A stretch of 64,000 nt of DNA from Azolla caroliniana (taxonomy: Eukaryota > Plantae > Polypodiophyta): NCBI GenBank assembly GCA_043228905.1, contig JBHGNT010000068.1, forward strand, positions 62,001-126,000. Direction: 5' to 3'. This document shows positions 1-10,855 of the stretch, in pieces (within the stretch, counting starts at the first letter, position 1; each line of letters starts with the position of its first letter). The translations under genes and the position numbers were made by a program. The notes below the pieces were generated by a model. It was not told the DNA's origin. It was given only the letters and a program-made list of their open reading frames with translations, and ran no database searches.

Positions 1-1227
1 AGAGGTGCTAAAGTTATCATTGCTAATCGAAATTATGGTATGTTGCATGCGTGAATTCAGCCACATCTTACTTATACCATATTGTGCTTAACCGTAGAAA
101 AAAGGTTTTTTGAAAATCTTGTCTTAGTGGTAATTGATAGAAAATATGCATTGAACAACCTTGTCTTAGTTTGAAGGGTATATACTGGGTGACTTGTAAC
201 TTGTGGGTTATTTATCAGAATCCTTAAAGTCTTCAAAAATGACCAGAACACCTATCTGTAGTCTAAATTTGATAGATAGTGGTGTTCTGGGAATTTTTGA
301 TAACTTTGGACTACCCAACAAGAGAGGGTTGTTTTGGTGCTTTATGCTAGTCTTATTTATTAGAAAATGTGCTTTTGGAAAAGTGTAAATGTTCAAAATG
401 TCATTTAACTGTGCCATAATTTGCAAAACACCATGTCATTTTAAAGAAATTCTCAAAATGCCACACATTTTAGGAATTTGGTGAAGTTCAGTACTTGTGT
501 GGCTTTTTGATAATAATGCATATATAGGACCACATCATACAAATAGTGATGCCTTTCTCTTACTCCAGCACCCAGCAGATATTTAACATGTTTATTAGTC
601 TGCCTTTAACCATAAAGCTAAACCATTCAAAATCAGGCTTTTACAAATGTTCTCAGAGTGTGATCTAATAGAAATCATGTTTTCATTTGGAAAGAGAGAG
701 GAAAAGCTCTTGCTGATGCTGTTGATGGAGAGGCATTGCCATTGGAGGAGCTAAATTCATTCAAGCCAGTGATGACAGGGATGGTTCTAGCTAATACCAC
801 TTCTGTAGGTATGCATCCAAATGTTGAAGACACCCCCATCTCGAAGGTAAAAAGCTCTGTAGAAACCCACATAATGTTTTTATTTGTTCATATGAATTTT
901 ATCAGCTCAGTGAAAGGTTTTCTTGTGTAGGGTGCTTTAGGGGCCTATAGTCTAGTATTTGATGCAGTGTACACACCCAGAGTAACTAGATTGTTGAAAG
1001 AAGCAACAGAAGCCGGAGCAACCGTCGTCAGTGGACTTGAGATGTTCATTAGACAAGCTATTAATCAGTTCTCACACTTCACTGATAGCCCTGGTATGTG
1101 TATTGAGTAACCAAATAAAGTAAATACATTTTTTCCAGTCTTTGGTTGAAGTACTAAAGGTTTTTTTTGCATGTTATGAACAGCCCCTGAGCAAGTGATG
1201 AGGGAGATAATGACAAATTGTACTTGA
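1..1227 (+). CDS. Bifunctional 3-dehydroquinate dehydratase/shikimate dehydrogenase (DHQ-SDH) family gene, copy 1; last 4 exons only (<1-37, 695-846, 931-1093, 1184-1227)
   Basis: The spliced translation RGAKVIIANRNY/ERGKALADAV...LANTTSVGMHP...K/GALGAYSLVFDAVYTPRVTRLL...VSGLEMFIRQAINQF.../APEQVMREIMTNCT* matches the plant SDH C-terminus. Introns are GT-AG and at the same positions as in copy 2. Confidence 0.9.
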
Positions 1228-2637
1228 AAGGATAGGTTTGAGAAAAGGAAGACCTTTGTTGTTTCTTTTGACCTAGCTTCCCGATTTTACCTTATGTCAG
1301 AAATAATATTGCTTGATATGTTTGTCACCCCAACGAAAAAGAAGTGATTTCTCAAGCAACAAGGTTAAGGAAATGCTATGTAATTCACTGATTGGTTTAT
1401 GTGCTCGATTGATTTGCAAGCTCGTTTGAGTAACTGTGAGACGGAATTGGATCCTTAAAGTGGATAGTCTGAACATCCTTGGGAAATAAAGATACGGGTC
1501 CTTGAGATCTGTTATTTAAGAATACATTAAAAAAAAAATCTGTCTAATGTGGAACCAAATTTGCAATAAAATAAGACATCTTTACAACTCTCAGTAACCT
1601 TGTTAGTTAAAGATTATAAAGTTTATATCCTCATGGTTCTTATAGGGCCCAAAAGTATGCTTTTCATGGCTTTATCATAAAGTTTACCTTTCAGTTGTTG
1701 AGGAACACAAGCATACAGCCATGCAACCAGAAGTTCAAGGATGTAGCATAGAAAGGCTTCTTACCATAGTAGGCTTCATATGGAATGATGGTTGTCCATC
1801 ATATCGTTGCACATCTATTCAATGCATAAGTTGCATGTACAATTGCTCCCATTCATTACTTTTTAGACAAATCATTAGCTGTAATCATGCATCTAATTGT
1901 CTTCGGTAAAGAATGATCCTTTCAACCACTGAATTTAGAAGTTATATATTACAAGTACTGTTTTTATTTGCCTTCGATATTTGAAGTATTGGAAGTTCAC
2001 TTGGCCAATGTGTAAATCTTGCAAATATGAAGTTGCGTTCAAACCTTGCTTTCGTGCACCTATTGTTTACATGCATATGATGTTCATATTTGTACATGTA
2101 AATATAATACTCGTATAGTGTAACAATTTCTGTACACTAGGATGTCTCACCATAGATGAAGGAAAAGTTTACAACTAAGAAATGGGACAATCGAATAGAG
2201 TGATTTATGGCATTATGTCAAAAGGCCCAAAAATGCTACAAAACCTATAAAAGGCACTTTTTATTAGTAATTTAAGTTGCTACTTGATGTTTAATAATGT
2301 TGTTGCGATGAGTGCGTGTGTGCTACTCAAGTGGAATTGCAAAGGGCTTTAACTAGGGTGAGTGATGTGTGGGAAAACTTCTAAACCCCTTTGTTGGTTG
2401 CCTCAAGTAATTTTTTCTTTTTATGAAATAACATTGTTAGGATTGAAGATTTGATTGAACTTGGTGTAAGACTTGAGTCCAGGAAAGCTAGGCTCAAATA
2501 AATGAAAGCTCAAGTTGAAGTAGATGAAAGCTAAGCTCAAATAGAGGAAAGCTCAGGTCCAACTTGAGGAAGCTTGGGCTCAAGTCAAGGAAATCTTCTC
2601 CTTTCGTTGATGTCGTGAATCAACCTTTCTCTCTTAG

Positions 2638-3172
2638 GGAGAATAAGCTACAAAGTGTTAACCATAACCCTTTTAATATTCGTCAACATGTAAGTAGTGT
2701 AATTTTCAGGAACAAGGGGAGACGATGAATGTGGATACACTTATGCCACTCGGCCTCTCTCTTGAGGAAACAGAAATGCAAAGAACAACCAAATGCCCTC
2801 GGATGTTGGGCTTCAAACCAACTTGACGTGGAGTAGAAACGATTAAGAAGATAAGGGAACGTGAGCTACGCCGACTAGAAGCCATGGTTGGGGTACCTTC
2901 TACATTGGGACCACGTAGGGCCACATCCACATCGAAACCCTTTGAGCTCTCGCTTCTTTTCAAGAGACTTGGATGGAGATGAAACTAGGCCTAGTATAAA
3001 GCCATTTCATTGTAGAACATGTTTGTTATTTTACTAGAACTATTTAGCTTAAGCTCTATTTTTATTTTATTTTATTTTTACTTTCGATGAATGGCTAAAT
3101 ATCCCATTTTGTCGTAAATCAATTGTCTCATGGGCCAATTTTGGCCTTAGAAGACGTTAATATATCTTTCTT

Positions 3173-3175
<3 letters not shown>
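2638..3175 (+). mobile_element. 5'-truncated, diverged copy of the RTE-X-like LINE (ORF2 C-terminal end, 3'UTR and TC tail); unit A of the array
   Basis: Aligns by eye to 7961-8495 with many substitutions and an in-frame stop. Ends in the same terminus, ttgtctcatgggccaattttggccttagaagacgttaata, followed by (tctt)n/(tc)n. Confidence 0.85.
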
Positions 3176-3217
<42 letters not shown>

Positions 3218-3742
3218 AACGGCTCTCCCTGTCGCTAACGGCTCTCTGTCGCTGTCGTCACCGTCGCCGTCGTCTGCAGCCGCAGCAACCGTCGCCGTCT
3301 GCTCTCTCTCTCTATCGCTCGCTTCCTCGTCTCTCTCTGTCGCCGGCTAGTGTCGTCGCCGTCGCCGTCGCCGTCGCTGCCGTTATCTGCGGCCGTTGCC
3401 GTCTGCCACCGTGCAGTCGTCCACCGTCTTCTACCGTTTGCTACCGCCGGCTGCCGTCTGCTGCCGCCGTCTGTCGTCTGTTGCTGCCGTCTGCCGTCTG
3501 CCGTCTGCTGCCGCCGTCTGCCGTCGGTTGCCGTCGTCTACCGTCGTTTTGACGACTGCCACCGTCACGGGGTGTTTTCTTCTCCGTTCTTGATGTGGTG
3601 AAGTACCTTTTTCTCGATGAGTTTCGTGGGTGGGTTCTTTTGGTGTGCTCGTCCCGTGCCACAAAATGCCGATGTGATTGCGACACACACAAAACTCGGC
3701 TAAGTCTCGAACCCATTTATTTTATTTCTTATTGACACCACA

Positions 3743-4555
3743 ATGACGTCTAGACGGACTAAGGAACTTAAGGATATACAAGACGAGGCTATAAGTAAGG
3801 AGGACTTTTTAGATATGTTTAATCGTTTAACAAAAATAGAGATGGATATGAAAAAATGGGTGAAAGACACCGAAACCTACAAGAAAAAAGATAGAGAGGA
3901 AAAAGACGCCCTCAAGGCCGAAATAGAACAACTTAAAGTAGAAAACATCGACCTTAAAAAACAACTTAAGGACATCGAGGTATCTCGAGAAGACGGTGAA
4001 ATATCCTCTATAGAGGATATAAAGGACGAAATTAAAAAAGTTAAAGAGGAAGTTAATAATAACATAGAGTTAGCTAAAACGGGTTGGGTAGATGTGGTTA
4101 AAAGAAACATTAAAAAAGAAATAAAAGATGAAAATATTGTTAACACCACCCTTGAAGAAGAGAAAATGCATCAGGCCCGACGCTTAAATGTACGTGTCAC
4201 TGGGCTCAAGGAAGGTGCATCCCCAAATGAGGACGCACAAACACTTGGGAAAATGTTAGGGTACACAGAGGCCCTACCTATCACCAAAGCATGGAGGGCC
4301 GGGCGTGACACAACTAGGAAGAGAGCCTTAGTCCTTCAATTTAAAGACTTAGACTCTAGAATCACTTTCTTTAAGAAGAGACCAATCCTTCGAGGAATGG
4401 ATGGGGACCCCATCTATCTCGATGAAGACCTCACTAAGATGCAAATTGAGCATCGCAAGAGTTGTATGCCACGAGTTATGCAAGCCCGTAAAGAAGGCCA
4501 TCGCGCCTTTTACCGAGACGGGCGAGTGATCATAAATGATCGCACTACTAACTGA
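3743..4555 (+). CDS. LINE ORF1 (coiled coil + RRM-like + CTD nucleic-acid chaperone), 270 aa
   Basis: K/E-rich heptad N-terminal half, then RRLNVRVTGLKE...ALVLQFKD...IYLDEDLT, typical of L1/CR1-style ORF1. Lies directly upstream of ORF2. Confidence 0.88.
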   Translation: MTSRRTKELKDIQDEAISKEDFLDMFNRLTKIEMDMKKWVKDTETYKKKDREEKDALKAEIEQLKVENIDLKKQLKDIEVSREDGEISSIEDIKDEIKKVKEEVNNNIELAKTGWVDVVKRNIKKEIKDENIVNTTLEEEKMHQARRLNVRVTGLKEGASPNEDAQTLGKMLGYTEALPITKAWRAGRDTTRKRALVLQFKDLDSRITFFKKRPILRGMDGDPIYLDEDLTKMQIEHRKSCMPRVMQARKEGHRAFYRDGRVIINDRTTN

Positions 4556-4561
4556 CGGCGT

Positions 4562-7500
4562 GTGGCCCATGTGACAGAAAATGCACTTAGGATGACCCTA
4601 TGGAATTGTAATGGCGCACTCTGGGCACACCCCGGCCGCCTAGAGGAGATACTAAAGGTATCTGATATACTCTTCTTGGTAGAAACACATCAGAGCCCAA
4701 ATAGAGGACTCCCACGGGTCGAAGGATTCCGTTGGGAGTCCGCTTTTAGACAAACCTCACGTCGACACACTACTAGGGGATCTGGAGGTGTCGCGATACT
4801 ATTTCGTAGAGAGCTACATAATAGGATAGAAATAATGAAGATAGACCCAGAAGCTCGTTTTATGTGGGTGAAAGTCTCCACAAGCAAAGACCATGCAGTA
4901 TTTTTCGCCATTTGTTACTTTCCCCCAAAAGGATCCCGTTATAATATTAGTGGCTTGACGAGATTAGTCGATGAAGGAATGCCACATGGGCCTTCTCCAT
5001 ACGAACCCCTATCGGATGACATAATCCGATATTCTTCCCAAGGAGAAGTATTTCTTGTAGGAGACTTCAATGCGAGAACCCAATCCAGACAATGCACAGT
5101 ATTTCAGATGAATAGAAACCTAGAAATGGTAAATGTTGATCCTTTAGACATAGGCACCACACGTAGATCAAAGGATCAAGGTGCGGACGCCACGAGCTTT
5201 GGCCATCACCTGCTCGAACTTGGCAGTCGGCACCAGATGGTCATATATAATGGTTTAGCTAAGTGGCCGGGCTCGGAAGAGCTCACATGTTTCCCACATG
5301 GAGGAGGGGAAAGCACAGTTGACTATCTAATAGGGCGCCCGACAGCTACCCACTTGATTAACTCCTTCCGAGTGGCCCCATGCCCTATTGGCGCAGACCA
5401 TAGCTTCTTATACTTCGAGCTAAAATGTGATATCTCTAAGGTCACCAAGTCTAGTCAACCATGCCATCACACCACAATACATTTCACACATGAGCTCTCT
5501 GACATATACTCTCAACATGTTCAGGCCCATCTCCCCTCCATTGATCCCTCTCTACCGTTAGAAAGCCTTAGTACAAAACTCACACACATCCTTCACTCCG
5601 CAGCAGCTAGCAGTTTCCCATATACAAAACACTCAAATCAAGGTAGATCCGGATCAATGCCACAAAATAAATGGTATGACGAGGATTGTAGGGACCTACA
5701 TAGACAACTTACAGTATCGCAACTCAATGGTAGTATTACCTCCACACAAGCTCGCAAAGAAATGCGTAAGATGACACGTCGTAAGAGACGAGCGTGGGAG
5801 GCATCCCAATACTGGGAACTCTACCATATGCTCATGAGTAGCGATTGCGCCACGGCATGGAAGAGACTACGGGAGCCAAGACCACAAACACCCATCGAAG
5901 ATCCCGAAACTTGGCACACATATACAGAGAGACTTTACCAAATCCCAAACCAACCACCTTTTCCAATGCCTTCCACACCCCGGCCTACCACGGGGACACT
6001 TTTCACGACCTCTAGGGTCATGAAGGTCATAAAGAAATTACAACATAGGAAGTCCATGGACCACACAGGATTGCGAGCAGAACACATTATATATGCGAGA
6101 GAGTGCCTAGCTCCCTTGCTAACTCTAATCTTCAATCGTGCCCTTGCGGAGGGTTTTCCACCACAGTGGACTATGAATACAGTGACCCCCATACATAAAG
6201 GGGGGGACCCCATGGACCCAAATACATATAGGACCATTATGATAGGCCATACCCTTGCTAAGTTATATGGTGCAGTAATGGAAGCAGAGCTTAGCGACTA
6301 CATGGAGACCCTAAACCTTCGTGCACCTGAACAAGCTGGCTTTAGACGAGCCTTCTCCACTATTGATCACATCTTCACACTTAGATGCCTAATTGACCAA
6401 ACTAGGGCTCGCAAGAAGAGATTATATTGTTGTTTTGTGGACTTCCGCAAAGCCTTTGACACAGTCCCTAGAGATCGGTTGTCTGATAGACTTAAAAGCT
6501 TGAGGATACCAGATGATATGGTATGGGCCATCTACGCACTATATGAACAAGTGTCCGGGTGTGTCCGATGCCCAGGTGGCCTATCCAATCGTTTCACTAG
6601 CACTATTGGTGTAAAACAAGGTTGCCCCCTATCACCGACGCTTTTTGGGATTTACATTGATGAGATCACAGATTTTATTGCTCGTGAAGGAGGCACCGGA
6701 GTGGTCCTTGGGGATACGCAGGTTCGTATCTTGCTCTATGCGGATGACATAGTTTTGCTCTCTGAATCCGAACACGACCTACAGAGGCACCTCAATGCCT
6801 TAGATGACTTTTGTGTACAACGAGGATTGGTAGTGAATCTAGGGAAAACGAAAGTCCTTATCTTCCACACATCGGCCCAAGTTAGAGCTAAGTGTCACCT
6901 AACTATCTCCCATAGCCCAGTCGAGGTGGTTGGATCGTACGTATATCTCGGAGTCACTTTTAGTGCCCGCTCAGGTAAATTTTCGATGACACAGGCAGCG
7001 AAGGATAGACTCACGAGAGGACATGCATCCCTCTCACTCCTAGAGAGACAATGCCACCAAGCACACTTTCAAGAGCCACGGACTAAAGGGTGGCTCTTTG
7101 ACTCATTAGTGACCCCCTCCCTCATGTATGCATCTGCGGTTTGGGCTCCAGGATTACCATCCTTCATGTGGACGCAATTAGAGAGACCATTGGTGATGAT
7201 GCTATCACGCCAACTCCGAAGCAAATCGACTGTACCACATGACATTATTAGGGCCGAGTTCACGTTACCCCCAATGCTAGTAGAGGCACTTTTTCAACTT
7301 GTAGTCTTTATTGATAGGATACATAGCCAACCACATGATAGAATATCTCATCAAGCCTTTAAGGCCTCTCGATCATTGTATGAGTCCGGCTATACTAGCT
7401 CATGGTATGGCATGATGGTGACTTGGCTTCTTGCGAATGGTCTAGACATTAATAACCTACCTCCCCTTAGGTACAACCACACGAGTGATAACACCTTAAT

Positions 7501-8293
7501 CTCTCATGAGAACCGCAATAAAGTAATACGCCAAGAAATATGGCAAATTTACACTCGGTGTAAATGGATCACCCCACTAGAGCCACTCCCATCTAAAATG
7601 TCGTACTATAAGAAACACTTCATGCACTTCTCTGAGTTAGGTTTTATCACACGGCCAAAATATCTAGATATATTCTTACCACATACACTAAGGGTTGCCA
7701 TTGGACAACTTAGAATATCATCTCACCAACTTGAGATTGAAAATGGCCGTACTAGTGGAGTCCCTAGGGAGGAAAGGATATGTAGGTTATGTCACATAGA
7801 GATAGAGGATGAGTACCACTTTACTTGCAAGTGTCCAACCTATGCCGAGATAAGGGCAAAATACCAAGACATACTTGGTCCGTCTCCCACCCTCCCCAAA
7901 CTATTAGATACTCTAGATATAAAGAAATTAGGCAAATACATTCTAGAACTAAAACAACACAGAGAGAATAAATTACAAAATGTTGACAATAATGCTGCTA
8001 ATGATCACGAACATGTAACAAATGCAGTTTTTCAGGAACCTGAGGAGACAACGAATGACGACACACTTGCACCACTCGGCCTTTCCATTGATGAGGCAGA
8101 AAACCAGAGAAGAACCAGACGTCCTCGGGTGCCGGGTTTCAAAACAACTCAACGTGATGTGGACACAATATTGAAAATAAGGGAACGTGAGCTACACCGC
8201 CTCGAAGCCATGGCTAGGGCACTCTCTACATTGGAACCCACATCAAGACCCTTTGACCCCCCACTTCTTTTCGAGAGGCTTGAGTGGAAATAA
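4562..8293 (+). CDS. LINE ORF2: AP endonuclease + reverse transcriptase + C-terminal Cys/His motif (first in-frame ATG at 4592)
   Basis: APE motifs WNCNG, LVETH, GDFNA, VDY, ADH; RT motifs QAGFR, FVDFRKAFD, GVKQGCPLSP, YADD, YLG; C-terminal CRLC..EDEYH..CKC. The frame is uninterrupted. Confidence 0.95.
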   Translation: MAHVTENALRMTLWNCNGALWAHPGRLEEILKVSDILFLVETHQSPNRGLPRVEGFRWESAFRQTSRRHTTRGSGGVAILFRRELHNRIEIMKIDPEARFMWVKVSTSKDHAVFFAICYFPPKGSRYNISGLTRLVDEGMPHGPSPYEPLSDDIIRYSSQGEVFLVGDFNARTQSRQCTVFQMNRNLEMVNVDPLDIGTTRRSKDQGADATSFGHHLLELGSRHQMVIYNGLAKWPGSEELTCFPHGGGESTVDYLIGRPTATHLINSFRVAPCPIGADHSFLYFELKCDISKVTKSSQPCHHTTIHFTHELSDIYSQHVQAHLPSIDPSLPLESLSTKLTHILHSAAASSFPYTKHSNQGRSGSMPQNKWYDEDCRDLHRQLTVSQLNGSITSTQARKEMRKMTRRKRRAWEASQYWELYHMLMSSDCATAWKRLREPRPQTPIEDPETWHTYTERLYQIPNQPPFPMPSTPRPTTGTLFTTSRVMKVIKKLQHRKSMDHTGLRAEHIIYARECLAPLLTLIFNRALAEGFPPQWTMNTVTPIHKGGDPMDPNTYRTIMIGHTLAKLYGAVMEAELSDYMETLNLRAPEQAGFRRAFSTIDHIFTLRCLIDQTRARKKRLYCCFVDFRKAFDTVPRDRLSDRLKSLRIPDDMVWAIYALYEQVSGCVRCPGGLSNRFTSTIGVKQGCPLSPTLFGIYIDEITDFIAREGGTGVVLGDTQVRILLYADDIVLLSESEHDLQRHLNALDDFCVQRGLVVNLGKTKVLIFHTSAQVRAKCHLTISHSPVEVVGSYVYLGVTFSARSGKFSMTQAAKDRLTRGHASLSLLERQCHQAHFQEPRTKGWLFDSLVTPSLMYASAVWAPGLPSFMWTQLERPLVMMLSRQLRSKSTVPHDIIRAEFTLPPMLVEALFQLVVFIDRIHSQPHDRISHQAFKASRSLYESGYTSSWYGMMVTWLLANGLDINNLPPLRYNHTSDNTLISHENRNKVIRQEIWQIYTRCKWITPLEPLPSKMSYYKKHFMHFSELGFITRPKYLDIFLPHTLRVAIGQLRISSHQLEIENGRTSGVPREERICRLCHIEIEDEYHFTCKCPTYAEIRAKYQDILGPSPTLPKLLDTLDIKKLGKYILELKQHRENKLQNVDNNAANDHEHVTNAVFQEPEETTNDDTLAPLGLSIDEAENQRRTRRPRVPGFKTTQRDVDTILKIRERELHRLEAMARALSTLEPTSRPFDPPLLFERLEWK

Positions 8294-8494
8294 AATTAGG
8301 CTTAGTGTATAGTCACTTTCGAGTATACTACATATTGTACACTACTAGAACTCTTTTAGTTTAAGTTCTATTTTTTTTTACTTAAGTTTATTTTTAGTTA
8401 TGATGACTGGATAAATACTCTATTGTTGTAAACCAATTGTCTCATGGGCCAAATTTGGCCTTAGAAGACGTTAATACACCTTTCTTTCTTTCTT

Positions 8495-8531
<37 letters not shown>

Positions 8532-9019
8532 GTTGCATTGCTCTAACGGCTCTCTCTATCGTTGTGTTGTTGTCGCTGTCATCGTCGTCGTCACCGTCGC
8601 CGTCGTCTGCAGCCGCTGCAACCGTCGCCGTCTGCTCTCTCTCTCTCTCTCTCTCTCTCGCTTCCTCGTCTCTCTTTGCCGTTGCTGTCGCCGTCGCTGC
8701 CGTTATCTGCGGCCGTCACCGTCTGCCACCGTCTGCAGCCGTCTTCTACAGTCTGCAGTCTTTTGTCGTCTGCTGCTGTCGTCTGTCGTCTGTTGCCGTC
8801 GTCTATCGTCGTTTGACGACTGCCACCGTCACGAGGTGTTTTCTTCTCCGTTTTCTCTTGATGTGGTGAAGTGCCTTTTTCTTGACGAGTTCGTAGGTGG
8901 GTTCTTTTGGTGTGCTCGTCGCGTGCTACAAAATGCCGATGTGATTGCGACACACACACAAACTCGGCTAAGTCTCGAACCCATTTTATTTTACCTTTTT
9001 TTTTCTTATTGACACCACA

Positions 9020-9832
9020 ATGACGTCTAGACGGACTAAGGAACTTAAGGATATACAAGACGAGGCTATAAGTAAGGAGGACTTTTTAGATATGTTTAAT
9101 CGTTTAACAAAAATAGAGATGGATATGAAAAAATGGGTGAAAGACACCGAAACCCACAAGAAAAAAGATAGAGAGGAAAAAGACACCCTCAAGGCCGAAA
9201 TAGAACAACTTAAAGTAGAAAACATCGACCTTAAAAAACAACTTAAGGACATCGAGGTATCTCGAGAAGACGGTGAAATATCCTCTATAGAGGATATAAA
9301 GGACGAAATTAAAAAAGTTAAAGAGGAAGTTAATAATAACATAGAGTTAGCTAAAACGGGTTGGGTAGATGTGGTTAAAAGAAACATTAAAAAAGAAATA
9401 AAAGATGAAAATATTGTTAATACCACCCTTGAAGAAGAGAAAATGCGTCAGGCCCGACGCTTAAATGTATGTGTCACTGGGCTCAAGGAAGGTGCATCCC
9501 CAAATGAGGACGCACAAACACTTGGGAAAATGTTAGGGTACACAGAGGCCCTACCTATCACCAAAGCATGGAGGGCCGGGCGTGACACAACTAGGAAGAG
9601 AGCCTTAGTCCTTCAATTTAAAGACTTAGACTCTAGAATCACTTTCTTTAAGAAGAGACCAATCCTTCGAGGAATGGATGGGGACCCCATCTATCTCGAT
9701 GAAGACCTCACTAAGATGCAAATTGAGCATCGCAAGAGTTGTATGCCACGAGTTATGCAAGCTCGTAAAGAAGGCCATCGCGCCTTTTACCGAGACGGGC
9801 GAGTGATCATAAATGATCGCACTACTAACTGA
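9020..9832 (+). CDS. LINE ORF1, second copy, 270 aa
   Basis: Four amino-acid differences from 3743-4555. Confidence 0.88.
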   Translation: MTSRRTKELKDIQDEAISKEDFLDMFNRLTKIEMDMKKWVKDTETHKKKDREEKDTLKAEIEQLKVENIDLKKQLKDIEVSREDGEISSIEDIKDEIKKVKEEVNNNIELAKTGWVDVVKRNIKKEIKDENIVNTTLEEEKMRQARRLNVCVTGLKEGASPNEDAQTLGKMLGYTEALPITKAWRAGRDTTRKRALVLQFKDLDSRITFFKKRPILRGMDGDPIYLDEDLTKMQIEHRKSCMPRVMQARKEGHRAFYRDGRVIINDRTTN

Positions 9833-9838
9833 CGGCGT

Positions 9839-10855
9839 GTGGCCCATGTGACAGAAAATGCACTTAGGATGACCCTATGGAATTGTAATGGCGCACTCTG
9901 GGCACACCCCGGCCGCCTAGAGGAGATACTAAAGGTATCTGATATACTCTTCTTGGTAGAAACACATCAGAGCCCAAATAGAGGACTCCCACGGGTCAAA
10001 GGATTCCGTTGGGAGTCCGCTTTTAGACAAACCTCACGTCGACACACTACTAGGGGATCTGGAGGTGCCGCGATACTATTTCGTAGAGAGCTACATAATA
10101 GGATAGAAATAATGAAGATAGACCCAGAAGCTCGTTTTATGTGGGTGAAAGTCTCCACAAGCAAAGACCATGCAGTATTTTTCGCCATTTGTTACTTTCC
10201 CCCAAAAGGATCCCGTTATAATATTAGTGGCTTGACGAGATTAGTCGATGAAGGAATGCCACATGGGCCTTCTCCATACGAACCCCTATCGGATGACATA
10301 ATCCGATATTCTTCCCAAGGAGAAGTATTTCTTGTAGGAGACTTCAATGCGAGAACCCAATCCAGACAATGCACAGTATTTCAGATGAATAGAAACCTAG
10401 AAATGGTAAATGTTGATCCTTTAGACATAGGCACCACACGTAGATCAAAGGATCAAGGTGCGGACGCCACGAGCTTTGGCCATCACCTGCTCGAACTTGG
10501 CAGTCGGCACCAGATGGTCATATATAATGGTTTAGCTAAGTGGCCGGGCTCGGAAGAGCTCACATGTTTCCCACATGGAGGAGGGGAAAGCACAGTTGAC
10601 TATCTAATAGGGCGCCCTGAAGCTACCCACATGATTAACTCCTTCCGAGTGGCCCCATGCCCTATTGGCGCAGACCATAGTTTCTTATACTTCGAGCTAA
10701 AATGTGATATCTCTAAGGTCACCAAGTCCAGTCAACCATGCCATCACACCACAATACATTTCACACATGAGCTCTCTGACATATACTCTCAACATGTTCA
10801 GGCCCATCTCCCCTCCATTGATCCCTCCCTACCGTTAGAAAGCCTTAGTACAAAA
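9839..10855 (+). pseudogene. Truncated LINE ORF2 (APE domain only); the frame runs into the Copia LTR to a stop at 10924
   Basis: Matches ORF2 up to SLSTK, then continues in LTR-derived residues. Confidence 0.85.

Larger units (their letters stand above)
3176..8497 (+). mobile_element. Full-length, apparently intact non-LTR retrotransposon (LINE, RTE-X-like); unit B
   Basis: GC-rich low-complexity 5'UTR, ORF1, APE-RT ORF2, short 3'UTR with the ggccaaatttggcc palindrome and a (tttc)n tail. Both ends lie in (TC)n. Confidence 0.92.
8498..10855 (+). mobile_element. Second LINE copy (unit C), 5' part: 5'UTR, ORF1 and the APE region of ORF2; interrupted by Copia
   Basis: About 99% identical by eye to unit B over the coding part. 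Similarity stops abruptly at ...cttagtacaaaa|TGTTGG (equivalent to 5578 in unit B). Confidence 0.92.

Noticed and set aside
3123-3716. Several short ORFs in the LINE 5'UTR (also 8437-9058)
   Set aside because: Translations of low-complexity repeats; frames and lengths are not conserved between the two copies.
8395-8475. Possible hammerhead ribozyme in the LINE 3'UTR (tgatga...gtaaac...gtc)
   Set aside because: The core CUGANGA/GAAA is not matched, and the region is not conserved in unit A.
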